A stretch of DNA of 41,227 bases from Octopus bimaculoides (GCF_001194135.2 NC_068985.1:11205779-11247005); one strand, 5' to 3'. Counted from the first letter of the stretch, positions 1 to 13,611 are shown. Notes: generated from the sequence alone by a model not told the origin. Program-made: numbers and translations.

Positions 1-68
1 CAAGAAAAGCTCTACTTTGTAATTTGTCCATTTTCTGTATTTAGCCTTGTGTAGCTATAATAAAAAGA

Positions 69-127
<59 letters not shown>

Positions 128-141
128 GTAACTATCTATCT
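69..141. repeat. (TCTA)n microsatellite
   Basis: Direct reading of tandem TCTA units. Confidence 0.95.
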
Positions 142-1240
142 ACACACACACATACATATACGCATGAATACACACATGGGATTCATTATGCATATATTTG
201 GTTTGTAAATTTTTCCACTGCTGACTCGTGATGATGTGTTTAAGCTGCCTCCATATATTGCCCTGAACAAAGCGATTCATTAAATAATGAACGATGAATC
301 AAGTAGCCGTACTGGAATCAACCTTTCTACCTAAACTTTTGAAGCTGTTAATCCATCATACGTGCAGTCCAATAAGGAGATGCAGTAGAATGTATTAAGA
401 AGATTTACTTTATTTCTCCCAATGCTAAACTTACAAAGAACGGGTTCCTTCCTCATAACTATAACGTGTCATCTGGTTTCATTAGGTTATATCTATTTTC
501 TTTACTTTACTTTTACATACAAAATAAATGACATTTTTAATTTAGGGTTGCTTTTTGACTCAATCTCCTTATGGAGTATTCAAAACCAGTTTAAAGAGTA
601 TTTCATTCAGTAATCATTAACCAATGAAAAAACAACACGTTCCTAACGCAAGGAATTTGTAACTTCGATGACCAATTCCTCAGGCTACAATATTATTTCC
701 TTACACATATGCCCTGCTGCAGCAAGTCCTGTTTCTGTGGACACATGGCAAAAAATGCAGAATTTAGGACAATTCTTCAGTTGACCTGGATATGAGAAAA
801 TACCGAAATATATTCATTTCCTGGACGTGACTTTTAGGAAAGTTATAAACGAAACAATATCAGCATTTCGCTTCTTCTATATAGCTGTAAACGCGTGTGC
901 CATGTTTAAAAATCGATATCTATGAAAAATGTATGTTGTGCTAATATAGAAAGCCGTAAATGTCAGCAGAAAATATACTACATCTAATTTAAATATAATT
1001 GCAAAGCAGCAATTTCTGATTGTTGAATTCAGTTTATTTGGAACAATATATCTAATAGACTGGAAGTAGGACAGAGATAAAGCAATAGGTTAAATGGTTC
1101 TCAGAATTATGAAAGTATGGATATTTAAGAATAATTCTGCTTACTAATTCTGATTTGAAAAATAACTTATTTTTAAAAATATTCATAGGTGCAGGTATGG
1201 CTCTATGGATACGAGGCTCGCTTCGAGAACACATCTATTC

Positions 1241-1593
1241 CATTATTTATATTATTTACATTTGACGAATATTTGTCCACATCTTAACCACTACGCCATA
1301 TGCCCGTTCGTGGGTACATGGCGTAGTGGTTAAGAGTGCGGACTACCAACCCCAAGATTCCGAGTTCGATTCCAGGCAGTGACCTGAATAATAATAATGA
1401 TAATAATAATAATAATAATAATAATAACATCGAAAAATACCATAGGAATGAGAAACCAGGTTCGAAATTTGCCCAGGACACCTGATGAAGGCTGGATGGT
1501 ACATCAGCCGAAACGAGGACAAATATCCGTCAAATGTAAATAATGTAAATAACGTACATAATTCCTCATCTCTTTAATATAGAACGGTAACAT
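1241..1593 (+). mobile_element. Family A non-autonomous element: inverted tail+head, tRNA-derived head, (AAT)n, hammerhead motif, AATGTAAAT tail
   Basis: Box A TGGCGTAGTGG at 1319-1329 and box B GAGTTCGATTCC at 1362-1373. (AAT)n at 1387-1427. HHR core at 1482-1514. 1241-1285 is the reverse complement of the tail at ~1515-1553. Homologous pieces occur at 3419-3588 and 18799-18913. Confidence 0.85.
1477..1515 (+). ncRNA. Hammerhead ribozyme core, cleavage-site segment deleted
   Basis: GACAC-CTGATGA-A-GGCTG[GATGGTACAT]CAGCC-GAAAC. Compared with the copy at 18813, ~23 nt containing the GTT triplet and the 3' strand of stem I are missing. Confidence 0.75.
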
Positions 1594-1737
1594 ATATTCC
1601 AAATGAATGGCACTGCGCGGTAATTTTGATGCGTCTCCTTCACAACACCCCGAGCCGACCGAGTGGTTTGTGAGTGAATGTGGGAGACAGAAAGTGGAAA
1701 GAATATTCCGTAAATGTTCAAGTATATGTATATGCAC

Positions 1738-1807
1738 TCACACACACGCACACACACACACACGCACACACACTCACACAAACACACACACACATAAACA
1801 CACATAC

Positions 1808-1872
<65 letters not shown>
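1738..1872. repeat. Compound (CA)n/(TA)n/(TG)n microsatellite
   Basis: Direct reading. Confidence 0.95.
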
Positions 1873-1873
<1 letters not shown>

Positions 1874-2159
1874 ATAAGTAGATGGACAGGGACACCTGAT
1901 GAAGGGGAATATACTTTATATTTTATGTCTCTTTTCTCTGTTTTTTTTTTCGTTGTTCGAAAAAAAGTTCGTTTTCTGTTTTCGTCTATGTTTGCGTTTC
2001 TCATTGTGTTTAACGGTTTTTTTGTGATTTTTTTTGTACCCATATATGCATGTATGTAAACATATAGATGTAGGTATGTACATATATGTATGGATATATG
2101 CATATATTTATACATTATTATATATATTTGTGCGTGCGTGTGTGTGTGTGTGTGTGTGT

Positions 2160-2420
2160 GTGAACATTTGTTTGGTTGCGTGTGTATGAATGTGCTTGTC
2201 TCCAATACGTTTGAAAGTGATGTTGAATTATGCATACACTCTACCTAGCTGTTCGGCAAAAGGTTTCGATTGAATAAATTACAAAACTTCAAAAATAATT
2301 TTAAAAAATGAAATAAAATAAATAAATAAAAATACAATCACTATTACCGATTTCTTTCGCTAAACCCTTTTGGGTGGTGCCTCATCCTGGCTGCAGTCAC
2401 ATGAAAGAAACTAGTGAAGC
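2160..2420 (+). mobile_element. Degenerate SINE body/tail (family S2)
   Basis: GTTCGGCAAAAG and GGTGCCTCATCCTGGCTGCAGTCACATG resemble the reverse complement of the 35210-35512 copy. Confidence 0.55.
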
Positions 2421-3418
2421 AATACAAGAACGCAATAACGAAAGCACACGTTACATTTTCATTTTAAAACAACCACCCTTAACCGAATTTTTTCGGAGAC
2501 TAATAATTAATACTGAGTATTATCGTTAGAGCAATTAACTTCATTAAGACATAGTCTTGATCATATCAAACAACGGATTTAAGAATAATATTTTTGATCT
2601 TAAAACTTGTTACCAAAGTAATTAGTGTAAAAATGTAACATTCCAAACCAAGACTGAAATTTTAAATTAGTAATTAGACAAGCCAAATTTTAGAATTAAA
2701 AAATATCTTGCCTGATTGAACAATGGAAATTAATAACTGTCACCTCTAATATCAAATTATGAGCTAAAACATTTAGTTAGGTGAGGCTGGTTGGCATCTA
2801 TTTCTCTCATCATGGATATATAGATGGATATCTCATGCTGGATATATAGATGGATATCTCATCATGGATATTGGCTGTTATTCTCCTGCATACATGTACA
2901 CAAACACATGCCAAGACCTTGTCTCTTTTATGGATGCACACATACACACACGCAAACAGACATACACGCACAGAGATACACACACATGCATACTCATACA
3001 CAGACACGCGTGTACCAACACATTTCTTCAACGAGGAACAACTGAAGTGCCGTACAGGCTTTAAATTTAGGACCAACAGTTATTGTGGACTGCCTTCAGA
3101 AAACGAAAGTAAACTGATTAATGAAAGCTGTGAAAGAGCGAAGGCCTATTGTGTTAACATAACTATCATGGATTTAAAACCCACACCTTTTTTAGCAGGC
3201 GCATCTTGTCAGAAACATCACTCAATAACTTCCCAAACATTCTGCTTGTGCCCCCATTCATGCACATAAAATAACAATCTTGATATGCTCAACACTCCTG
3301 CTAATAAAGTGAATGAAAGCCTAAATTGTCATATTTAATATTGTGAATCTATAAACCAACATGCCCATATAAATTACTAAGCTTATTTACTTATGCGGTA
3401 CCACAACGTCTAAATAGT

Positions 3419-3588
3419 AAATGTTTTACAGTTCAATATTTAAGAGATGAGGAAATTATGTACATTATTTACATTTGACGTATATTTGTCCACATCTTAA
3501 CCACTACGGCATTTGCCCGTGAGCATATGGCCAAGTAGTTAAGAGCGCGGACTACCAATCCCGAGATTCCAAGTTTAATTCCAGGCAG
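3419..3588 (+). mobile_element. Family A element, second copy (inverted tail + palindromic head), truncated by the LINE stack
   Basis: Same TTGTCCACATCTTAACCACTAC junction and tRNA-like head as 1241-1380. Similarity stops at CCAGGCAG (3588). Confidence 0.85.
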
Positions 3589-4630
3589 CTGGACTCCAGA
3601 AGCATACTTTAGGCAATGAACTCGCGCGCAGTCGCAGTAGTTCGGTATGGTACTGCAATCCTGAAGTGGACAGAGGAGGAGCTAAACGAAACGGACAGGA
3701 AGTCAAGAAATCTCCTAACGATGCACGGAGTCCACCCATGTGCAGACACTGATCATCTATATATGAAGAGAGCAAATGGATGAAGAGGCCTGATAAGTGT
3801 GGAAACCTGCGTACGAATCGAACTCGATAGTTTGGTGAGATACCTAGCCGAAAGTATGGAAAATTTGCTAGTGTCACCAACGAGAGAGCATTGAAAGCAG
3901 AGGGGGGGAAAAGGAAAAACAATGGTAGAAGCACAAAACGGACATGAAGAAGAAATACGCAAGAAGAAACTACACAATCAATTCCATGTAGATAGAACAG
4001 AAGTTGCTGGGGAAAATAGGTGGGATTCGCTGATGAAATGAACACTAAAAAAAAAAAGAGACCGAGAGCACTATACTGGCAGTGCAAGAGCAAATTTTAG
4101 CCACGAACTGGAAGGTCAACCTTAGAAATGAGCAAGTGTTTCCGCTGTGCCGCATCTTCAATAAAGTGGACGAAACCATTGCCCATATCACGAATGAATG
4201 CCCTTGACATGCCTAAAGCCACTACAAGTTGTAGCGACTGGATCAAGTAGTGAAAGTACTACACTGGAAACTGCAAAAAGTGGGGGCTAGAGAGAGGCAA
4301 AACGTGGTATGAACATAATCCGCAGAGAGTAGCGGAGTCGGAAACTAGCAAGATCCTCTGAGATTTCCAAAATAAAAACAGATCAAGTACTAATGCATGA
4401 CATAGCGAAGCTAGTGGTAGTGATGGACAACATGTTCCACATGTGTTATATAGTTGATGTTACATACCACGTTGACCCACGAATAGTGAACAAGGAAGGC
4501 GAAAATATAGAGAAATATAACCCTTTTAAATATGAAATATCCCCGCTGTGGAAAATGAAGAAGGTGAAGATAGTGCCAAGTATTGTTGGGTCCTTCAGGA
4601 CAGTATCAGAAAGCACCAAGAGGAATATAA
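3589..4630 (+). mobile_element. R4/Dong-type REL non-LTR retrotransposon, 3' fragment 1 (decayed)
   Basis: Manual translation gives AMNSRAVAVVRYG, DTDHLYMKRANG*RGLISVE, ETIAHITNECP and the REL-like CYIVDVTYHVDPRIVNKEGENIEKY. Confidence 0.85.
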
Positions 4631-4635
4631 ATACA

Positions 4636-6354
<1,719 letters not shown>

Positions 6355-6716
6355 NNNNNNNNNNNNNNNNNNNNNNNNNNNNNNNNNNNNNNNNNNNNNN
6401 NNNNNNNNNNNNNNNNNNNNNNNNNNNNNNNNNNNNNNNNNNNNNNNNNNNNNNNNNNNNNNNNNNNNNNNNNNNNNNNNNNNNNNNNNNNNNNNNNNNN
6501 NNNNNNNNNNNNNNNNNNNNNNNNNNNNNNNNNNNNNNNNNNNNNNNNNNNNNNNNNNNNNNNNNNNNNNNNNNNNNNNNNNNNNNNNNNNNNNNNNNNN
6601 NNNNNNNNNNNNNNNNNNNNNNNNNNNNNNNNNNNNNNNNNNNNNNNNNNNNNNNNNNNNNNNNNNNNNNNNNNNNNNNNNNNNNNNNNNNNNNNNNNNN
6701 NNNNNNNNNNNNNNNN

Positions 6717-7046
6717 AAGAAATGGAAAAACTTTCAAAATACAAAGACCTGGAAATAGAGGTAACTCGAATGTGGAATCTAAAAACAGAAACAATTCCTA
6801 TTATAGTAGGTGCCTTAGGTATAATAAAAAAATATTCAGACAAATACATAACAAAAACACCAGGACTTAGAAATATATATAACATACAGAAAATTGCACT
6901 ACTGGGCACTGCACACATACTACGCAAAACACTTTCAATACAGTAACCATAAGAGCATCACAGCAAACCACAGCACATACCCAAGGCACACAGAGCTGCG
7001 CTCGGTAGTGAAGTGAAAGCACGTTATAAAAATAAAACTACTGAAC
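6717..7046 (+). mobile_element. REL non-LTR retrotransposon 3' end, copy 3 (different subfamily)
   Basis: EKLSKYKDLEIEVTRMWNLKTETIPIIVGALG...LLGTAHILRKTL*, followed by a 3' UTR ending in AATAATAAT. Confidence 0.9.
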
Positions 7047-7979
7047 AATAATAATATTAAAACTTTTAATATGTTAAATGATAGCAGCAAGAATGATAGA
7101 ATGTGACAGATATTTACTTAATAATAATCGCAATAAAAATGTTCATGATAATCATGCAATGGTCAAAAAGGGATCAGATACAAACGTTTGACACGTTGAC
7201 AAACGGTATTTACAATATATGGGCAGTATATTATTGCAAACCGAGGCTGTTAATGATATGTTAAATGATAGAAAGTAAGCTGTAATCTCCTTTGTTTACA
7301 TGTTGTTAGTGAATATTAATCTACATGAAATGAAATTACGTGTGTTAATTTTCCGTCCGACATCAGTGCGTATTTTTTTCTGTAGTTGATCGTTGCTGAG
7401 ATAATATTTCATATGCTAAAACTCTCGTAGAAAAAAAACAATTGCATCATTTCACGATTCAGGCCGATATGGCAGATATCCTTTTTCTACAAGCCTCTAT
7501 TATAAAAAGGAAAAAAAAAAGAAGAAAAAAAACAGTATTGCTCGTTGTAATTTGTATTGCTTTCATTTGGGCTATCAATCACCTCGCCGGAAGTGCATTA
7601 AAACTCTTCTGATTGAGTGTTTCTATCTATTTTGGATAATTCCACTATAAAGTATGAGCGTTAAATAGCCGAACCGATAATGTAATAGACTAGCGGTTGA
7701 CATGCCGATTGTTCGTAAATTGCCAATATATATACGGATATGCGTATATATATANNNNNNNNNNNNNNNNNNNNNNNNNNNNNNNNNNNNNNNNNNNNNN
7801 NNNNNNNNNNNNNNNNNNNNNNNNNNNNNNNNNNNNNNNNNNNNNNNNNNNNNNNNNNNNNNNNNNNNNNNNNNNNNNNNNNNNNNNNNNNNNNNNNNNN
7901 NNNNNNNNNNNNNNNNNNNNNNNNNNNNNNNNNNNNNNNNNNNNNNNNNNNNNNNNNNNNNNNNNNNNNNNNNNNNNNN

Positions 7980-8218
7980 TTTTCTAAAATTTTCGTTGAT
8001 CTTGCAACCTTTTCAATAGTTGTCGACAACTACTGAAACGTTTGCAAGACGCAACGAAAATTATAGAAAAATAAAGAAGGAAATGAGTGGAAATGTTACC
8101 AGTGAGTGTGTTAAATTATAAGGCACTAAAAGAGAATGACTCTCCCCAGACACAACAGAATATGCTTCAACACAGGAACTCACATAAAGACTCTTGCAAA
8201 CCAAAACCAAACACGAAA
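7980..8218. mobile_element. Palindromic (foldback/MITE-like) element next to (TA)n
   Basis: Loopless inverted repeat centred on TAGTTGTCGACAACTA (8017-8032). Arms 7980-8024 and 8025-8070 match, and the left arm runs into the N gap. Confidence 0.7.
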
Positions 8219-8237
8219 TATATATATATATATATAC

Positions 8238-9385
8238 AAGTTTCCCGGTTATGTTGAGTCTTCGAAGCTTTCGACATATCATTCCATGATCAACCTTACC
8301 GAAGTCAAGATGTATCACGACAACGGGCGATTCATTGTTTCAATACCCAGTCATAGTGTTGTAAAAGCTGTGTAAAGCAGCTTCTTCCTGAGTGAAAGCC
8401 ATGCTGACTGTCAAGAAGCAAATCATTATATTCAAGAAACGCAATTAGTTTCTTCCTGACAATACGATCCATGACTTTTCTAACGTCGTAGTTTAGAGAC
8501 AAGTATATAATTCCCAGTATCTGCTCTGCTACCTCCCTTGTGGATAGGACAATATATTCCTTACATTTACGTTTGAGAAAGTCTCCTAGTTGTGAGGAAG
8601 CTCTGAAATATAATCTAGATCTCCTTTGCCTTTCTTTAAGAGGATTGCTGCGAATCGACATAGGGCCCGAGGCTGAGTTTCAGCTCATTTTCATTAATGG
8701 CCGATATCACATCAGTTTCGTCTGTTATGATGTTATAATTAATTGCCATTTCGTTGTGTAGAGGTGTGGAACCGAAGAACTGATCGGGCATAGCTACTTG
8801 CAGGTACCCCAATGGAGTGCTAAAAGCACTCTTGTACTGCACATTCAGTATTTCACTGATCCTATAGGGTCTGCATTCGGCGAGCCATTTTCTTCGAACA
8901 GTTGCCTGTTTTGTACCGTACTGAAGCAGATTCTTTTGCATATCTATAGCAAGCTTTAAGGTTTGTCTTAATATTTTCGACAGCCCTAACTTCTTTTTCT
9001 GCCCTATCCCTTTTATGAGAGAGCGTTTGAGTTCATTTTCGATCTCGAGCGATGTTTGTTTGAGATAGGATCGTTTGTTATCTTGTAGTGGCCGATTTAT
9101 ACTCTTTGAGATTTTCGCTCGTCGCCTCATTAGAATCTTCCTATCCCTCGGTATTGTATCTTTCTGTTTGCTTGGCGTTCTCTCTGGTTCAAGCTTCATG
9201 ATTGCCATAAAGTGATGTAGCTTTATGCTAATATCTTGCGTAGAGAGACTGGGGAACCCAGTTTTGTTCCATGAACACTTTTTCGATACCCTTCCAATCA
9301 GTTTTGTGAAATTTCAGGATGGAGTGGAGTTGGGTGCTTCTAGTAACCTGCGTGCCTGCTGTCTTTTGCGGATCACACATAGTTG
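8238..9385 (-). mobile_element. CR1/L2-superclade LINE remnant (pre-RT and RT N-terminus)
   Basis: KVMDRIVRKKLIAFLEYNDLLLDSQHGFHSGRSCFTQLLQHYD and IHLDFGKVDHGMICRKL in minus-strand ORFs. Confidence 0.85.
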
Positions 9386-9867
9386 GTTCTATTAAGTTAT
9401 GTGTGTGTGTGTGTGTGTGTGTGTGTATGACTGCGCGCGCATACGTCTTTGTGCGTGTGTCAGTCTGTGTGTGACTGAGTGCGCGTGTAAGTGTATACAT
9501 TGTTTGAAGTGCTCAGATTTTATATGCCGAGGAAAAGAAGCTAGTTAGAATTTGGATAAAAACTGCGTATCTAACGCATTCACCATTTTAGGGATTCATC
9601 ATAAAGAAAGAGATGAAAGAGCAGCATAAATAATTTTTTTAACCAAATCGTGACGATATGCCTTTTCTTAATATATATACCTGTGTGTGCGTGCGTGTCC
9701 GCGCGCGCGTGTGTGTTAGAAAATGTTAAATGAAAGCGCTCACACACTGAAAAGACTTCTTTCCAAAAACAGATTAGTAATCCCCTGATAAAAGATTTCA
9801 TAGCATTTAAAAAAAAATAAATATCATCTAGACACTTCAAAATGGTATTAAGCAATTCTTATAGAAT

Positions 9868-9877
9868 TTCAAATACA

Positions 9878-9911
<34 letters not shown>

Positions 9912-10140
9912 CATACATACATACATATATGCATACATACATACGTACGTACGTACACACATGCATACATACGTACGTACGTACATACATACATTCATAC
10001 ATTCATACATACATACATTCATACATACATACATACACACATACACACATACATACATTCATACACACATACACACATACATACATACATACATACATGC
10101 ATGCATACATGCATGCATACATACATACATACATACATAA
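9868..10140. repeat. (TACA)n-type compound microsatellite
   Basis: Direct reading. Confidence 0.95.
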
Positions 10141-10640
10141 ACAGTGATGTAGACCGCCTCTACCTAAAACGTAAACAAGGCGGCAAAGACTTAACATAAA
10201 TCCAAAATGTCTTTGAGTATCGCATCGTATCACTTCGGCAACATCGTTTAATCACCAAATATCAAGTGCATCCCTTGACCAAGTTTGCATACATGAAGCT
10301 GATAACATCATAAGACTCGGAAGGCAGCTTCTTGAGCAACCCTCTTTGTCTGAGAACCTAGTATACATGCCCAAATAAGTCGCACAACTCTACCGCAAGA
10401 AATCATCAGATGGAAGTATGAGCAGAAGAATATGCATGGATATGTTAATAGAAAGCTCCGTGATGATAGTAATGTCCATCATCAATTCAGTTTATCTTAG
10501 ACGAATAGCCGGATTACTAACCACTTTGAAGATACTACCCACATCATAAGCAGTTATCCGAAAATATCATCACGGTATTTTCTACCGATGAGACATGATG
10601 TTGTAGCTACTACACTCATTAAAGAAATCCATCCCGAAAT
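10141..10640 (+). mobile_element. REL non-LTR retrotransposon fragment (post-RT to zinc-knuckle region)
   Basis: Manual translation gives SDVDRLYLKRKQGG and TTHIISSYPKISSRYFLPMRHDVVA. Confidence 0.75.
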
Positions 10641-10682
<42 letters not shown>

Positions 10683-11016
10683 AACATATATATNNNNNNN
10701 NNNNNNNNNNNNNNNNNNNNNNNNNNNNNNNNNNNNNNNNNNNNNNNNNNNNNNNNNNNNNNNNNNNNNNNNNNNNNNNNNNNNNNNNNNNNNNNNNNNN
10801 NNNNNNNNNNNNNNNNNNNNNNNNNNNNNNNNNNNNNNNNNNNNNNNNNNNNNNNNNNNNNNNNNNNNNNNNNNNNNNNNNNNNNNNNNNNNNNNNNNNN
10901 NNNNNNNNNNNNNNNNNNNNNNNNNNNNNNNNNNNNNNNNNNNNNNNNNNNNNNNNNNNNNNNNNNNNNNNNNNNNNNNNNNNNNNNNNNNNNNNNNNNN
11001 NNNNNNNNNNNNNNNN

Positions 11017-11050
<34 letters not shown>

Positions 11051-12005
11051 CACGCATACACACACATACACACACATATATGCATATGGATAGAGTGTCT
11101 GATGGATCCAGCGATGAATTTGTCCAGAGAGAGAGAAACAGAGATAGAGAGAGAGAAAGTGAAAGAGAGTGAGAGAAAGAGTGAGAGACAGAGAGAAGGG
11201 ACGGATAAAACGAGAGAATGCTACAAGGAAATCTACTTCACTATACCGATACAGGCCTAGATGGGTCCACAAATCTTTAGTTACACATCATGAAACATAT
11301 AACACAAATACATTTTTTCCAGAAATTTCATCCGTGTAAAAACGTGCTTAGTATTCAAGGTGTCTCACTGGTGACTTTTCTAAAACGATTCCTTAATCTT
11401 AAGAAGCCTACTACATAAGAAATATTTGCAAGTAACAAGAATATATAATTGGACTATATTTCGATTACATGTATGTGCACGACAGGCTACATGAAAGAGT
11501 TTGCGCCCGCCTTAATATGTGTTAGTCAGGGACGATAAACAATGATTACCATCTTACAAGCATTACACTTATGGCATCATTCACGCAGTAGGAAATATAT
11601 GTTCTGCATTTGTAAACGAATTGAGAAACTGAATACAAGAGAACCGTGTTAGACGTGGTTATTGAATTCCATATCATTATGTTCCAAGAGAAGTGATTAT
11701 TAAGTGTTGCCTACAGGTTGTGAACGGCTTATATATTTCTTGTTGCTGTCATTGTTGCCGTGGTTCTTTGATCCCTAGCTTTGCTCTAAATATGCAGTTC
11801 TATGATGCAATTAAATCCAGCAATGACTTTGTCATATTTTCTTAGACATTGTTCCAAGAATTACATAATATGACCTGAATTTCTGTCTTTGAAAGTGGAG
11901 CCTTATGATCTGTATCTTATTTGGTAATTTCGCTGCTTTTTCATGCAAGTTCAATAACATAATACAGATTCTCTTTCTGTCATGCACATATACACATGTT
12001 TGCAC

Positions 12006-12007
<2 letters not shown>

Positions 12008-12036
<29 letters not shown>

Positions 12037-12095
12037 TGTATGTATGTATGTATGTATGTATGTATGTATGTGTGTGTATGTACGTACGTACGTAT
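12008..12095. repeat. (TATG)n microsatellite
   Basis: Direct reading. Confidence 0.95.
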
Positions 12096-12279
12096 GTGTG
12101 TATGTATGATTATACACACGCACACATATAGACACACATTCCTAACAAATTCAGATGAAGAAAGAACTGAAAGGTAAGTCTGTGATTGAATAAAACATTT
12201 AATTCATAACCATGATTCCCTCAAACGTATTTCATTGGACTAACGATTACAGAAGTTTTATTTCACATACGTGTTTGCA

Positions 12280-12319
<40 letters not shown>

Positions 12320-12324
12320 TTTAA

Positions 12325-12610
12325 GTGTGTGTGTCTGTCTGTCTATATAAGTATGTGTGAACTGGTGTGACTTTAACTTAGTTTCTTGGGCATGCATGGC
12401 TAATGTGACGATAAATAGAGTGAAAACTAAAGCGTAAATGAAAATATATGGAAATCCTTTGGAGTAATGTTAGATCTAGTTGCCCCTACATTTTGGGCAA
12501 TTTTACGCTTTAGTTTTCATCCTATTTATCGTCACATTAACCATGCATGCCCAAGAAACTAAGTTAAAGTCACACCATTTCACACATACTTATATAGACA
12601 GACACACACA
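12325..12610. repeat. ~110-bp near-perfect inverted repeat (foldback)
   Basis: 12325-12438 is the reverse complement of 12501-12610 with few mismatches. Inner hairpin TTGCCC-N9-GGGCAA at 12480-12500. Confidence 0.92.
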
Positions 12611-13165
12611 AGCACACACGTTTCATTCTTCTATGTATGATCTCACTGTATAATGGTGTGATGTTTTCATGTAGAAAGGATTTTGAATTCTTTTGTTTAA
12701 TATAGTTAATTAAGTCTTGTAACAGTTGACATAGAAATAATTAAGATATACTTTTTACAACTGTGATAATCACATGAACAAAACAATAATGCTGCGCCTT
12801 TCGGCATTTGTAAGTAATTTTTTCTATCGGTTTTTGCTCTGAATTTTACAATGTTCCTAATAAACGTAATGATATAAATGTAATGATGTTCATGGTTGAT
12901 TAATTTTTGGGTAGCAACAATTTTTGTACAACTGTAACCTAACTTGAATTTGATTCTATTAAATAACGTATGGTGATTGCACAATAACCAGAAACATTCT
13001 CTGAGAATGCATAATGCATTTTAATTTCATTATATTCCACAATTTTCTGGTACAATAGTTATTTGGTGATATCAGTTGCTCACCATTTTCAATCTTTGTT
13101 CTCTAGTGGAGAGCTAGCAGAATAATTATTGCACTGGAGAAAATGTTTAGCGACATTCTTTCTTT

Positions 13166-13596
13166 TTTAGAAATAATACATTTCTAAATGTCACAGAGAG
13201 ATTTATGCAGTAGTGATACGATGAAGTAGTTGCTTGCTGTCAACTTTATGTGACAGTTCCCTGAAGGGAATAATACTACTGTTGGTTAGACCTAGGAAGC
13301 TACACCGCTTCCTGTCGGCCTTGATACATTTCTTGTGTCCTTATGTTTTCATTGGGGAGACAAGCACCTCTGCCCAGCTAAGCCCGTATCCAGAAACATG
13401 TTTCTGACTCTTTGCTCGTTATCAGTCTGGAGTACCATGGCCTGCTAGTCGAAGATGCCTGTCAAGCTCTTAAATAATTCTAATGAAATACATTCACTGA
13501 TTTCAAATTTAGATATAATACATTTCTAAATCTCTCAGAGAGATTTATGCAGTAGTGATACGATGAAGTAGTTGTATTCTGTTAACTTAATGTGAC
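13166..13596. repeat. ~89-bp diverged direct repeat pair flanking a ~250-bp insert
   Basis: 13166-13254 and 13508-13596 share ATAATACATTTCTAAAT and CAGAGAGATTTATGCAGTAGTGATACGATGAAGTAGTTG. Confidence 0.9.
13390..13430 (-). ncRNA. Degenerate minimal hammerhead motif (family C)
   Basis: Minus strand reads CCAGA-CTGATAA-CGAGCAAAGAGTCA-GAAAC-AT-GTT-TCTGG. Stem I is 5/5 and stem III is palindromic, but G8 is changed to A and stem II is poor. Confidence 0.5.
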
Positions 13597-13611
13597 GGGA
13601 TACTTAATGTG

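Noticed and set aside
1312-1380. tRNA gene (also the other SINE heads)
   Set aside because: Boxes A and B are present, but there is no complete cloverleaf or acceptor stem, and the sequence continues into repeat bodies.
1890-1935. Further hammerhead (GGACACCTGATGAAGG, identical to 1476-1491)
   Set aside because: No stem II 3' strand or GAAAC follows. At most a half-motif remnant.
2813-2875. 26-bp tandem repeat, ~2.5 units
   Set aside because: An ordinary local slippage duplication with no further structure.
3042-3060. CTGAAGT-GCC-GTACA-GGC hammerhead-like string
   Set aside because: A9 is missing, and there is no GAAA and no stem I. Compatible with chance.
12145-12195. CAGATGA...GAAAG-GTAA-GTC followed by AATAAA as a hammerhead
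   Set aside because: It needs two core changes, has a 2-bp stem II and has no convincing stem I.
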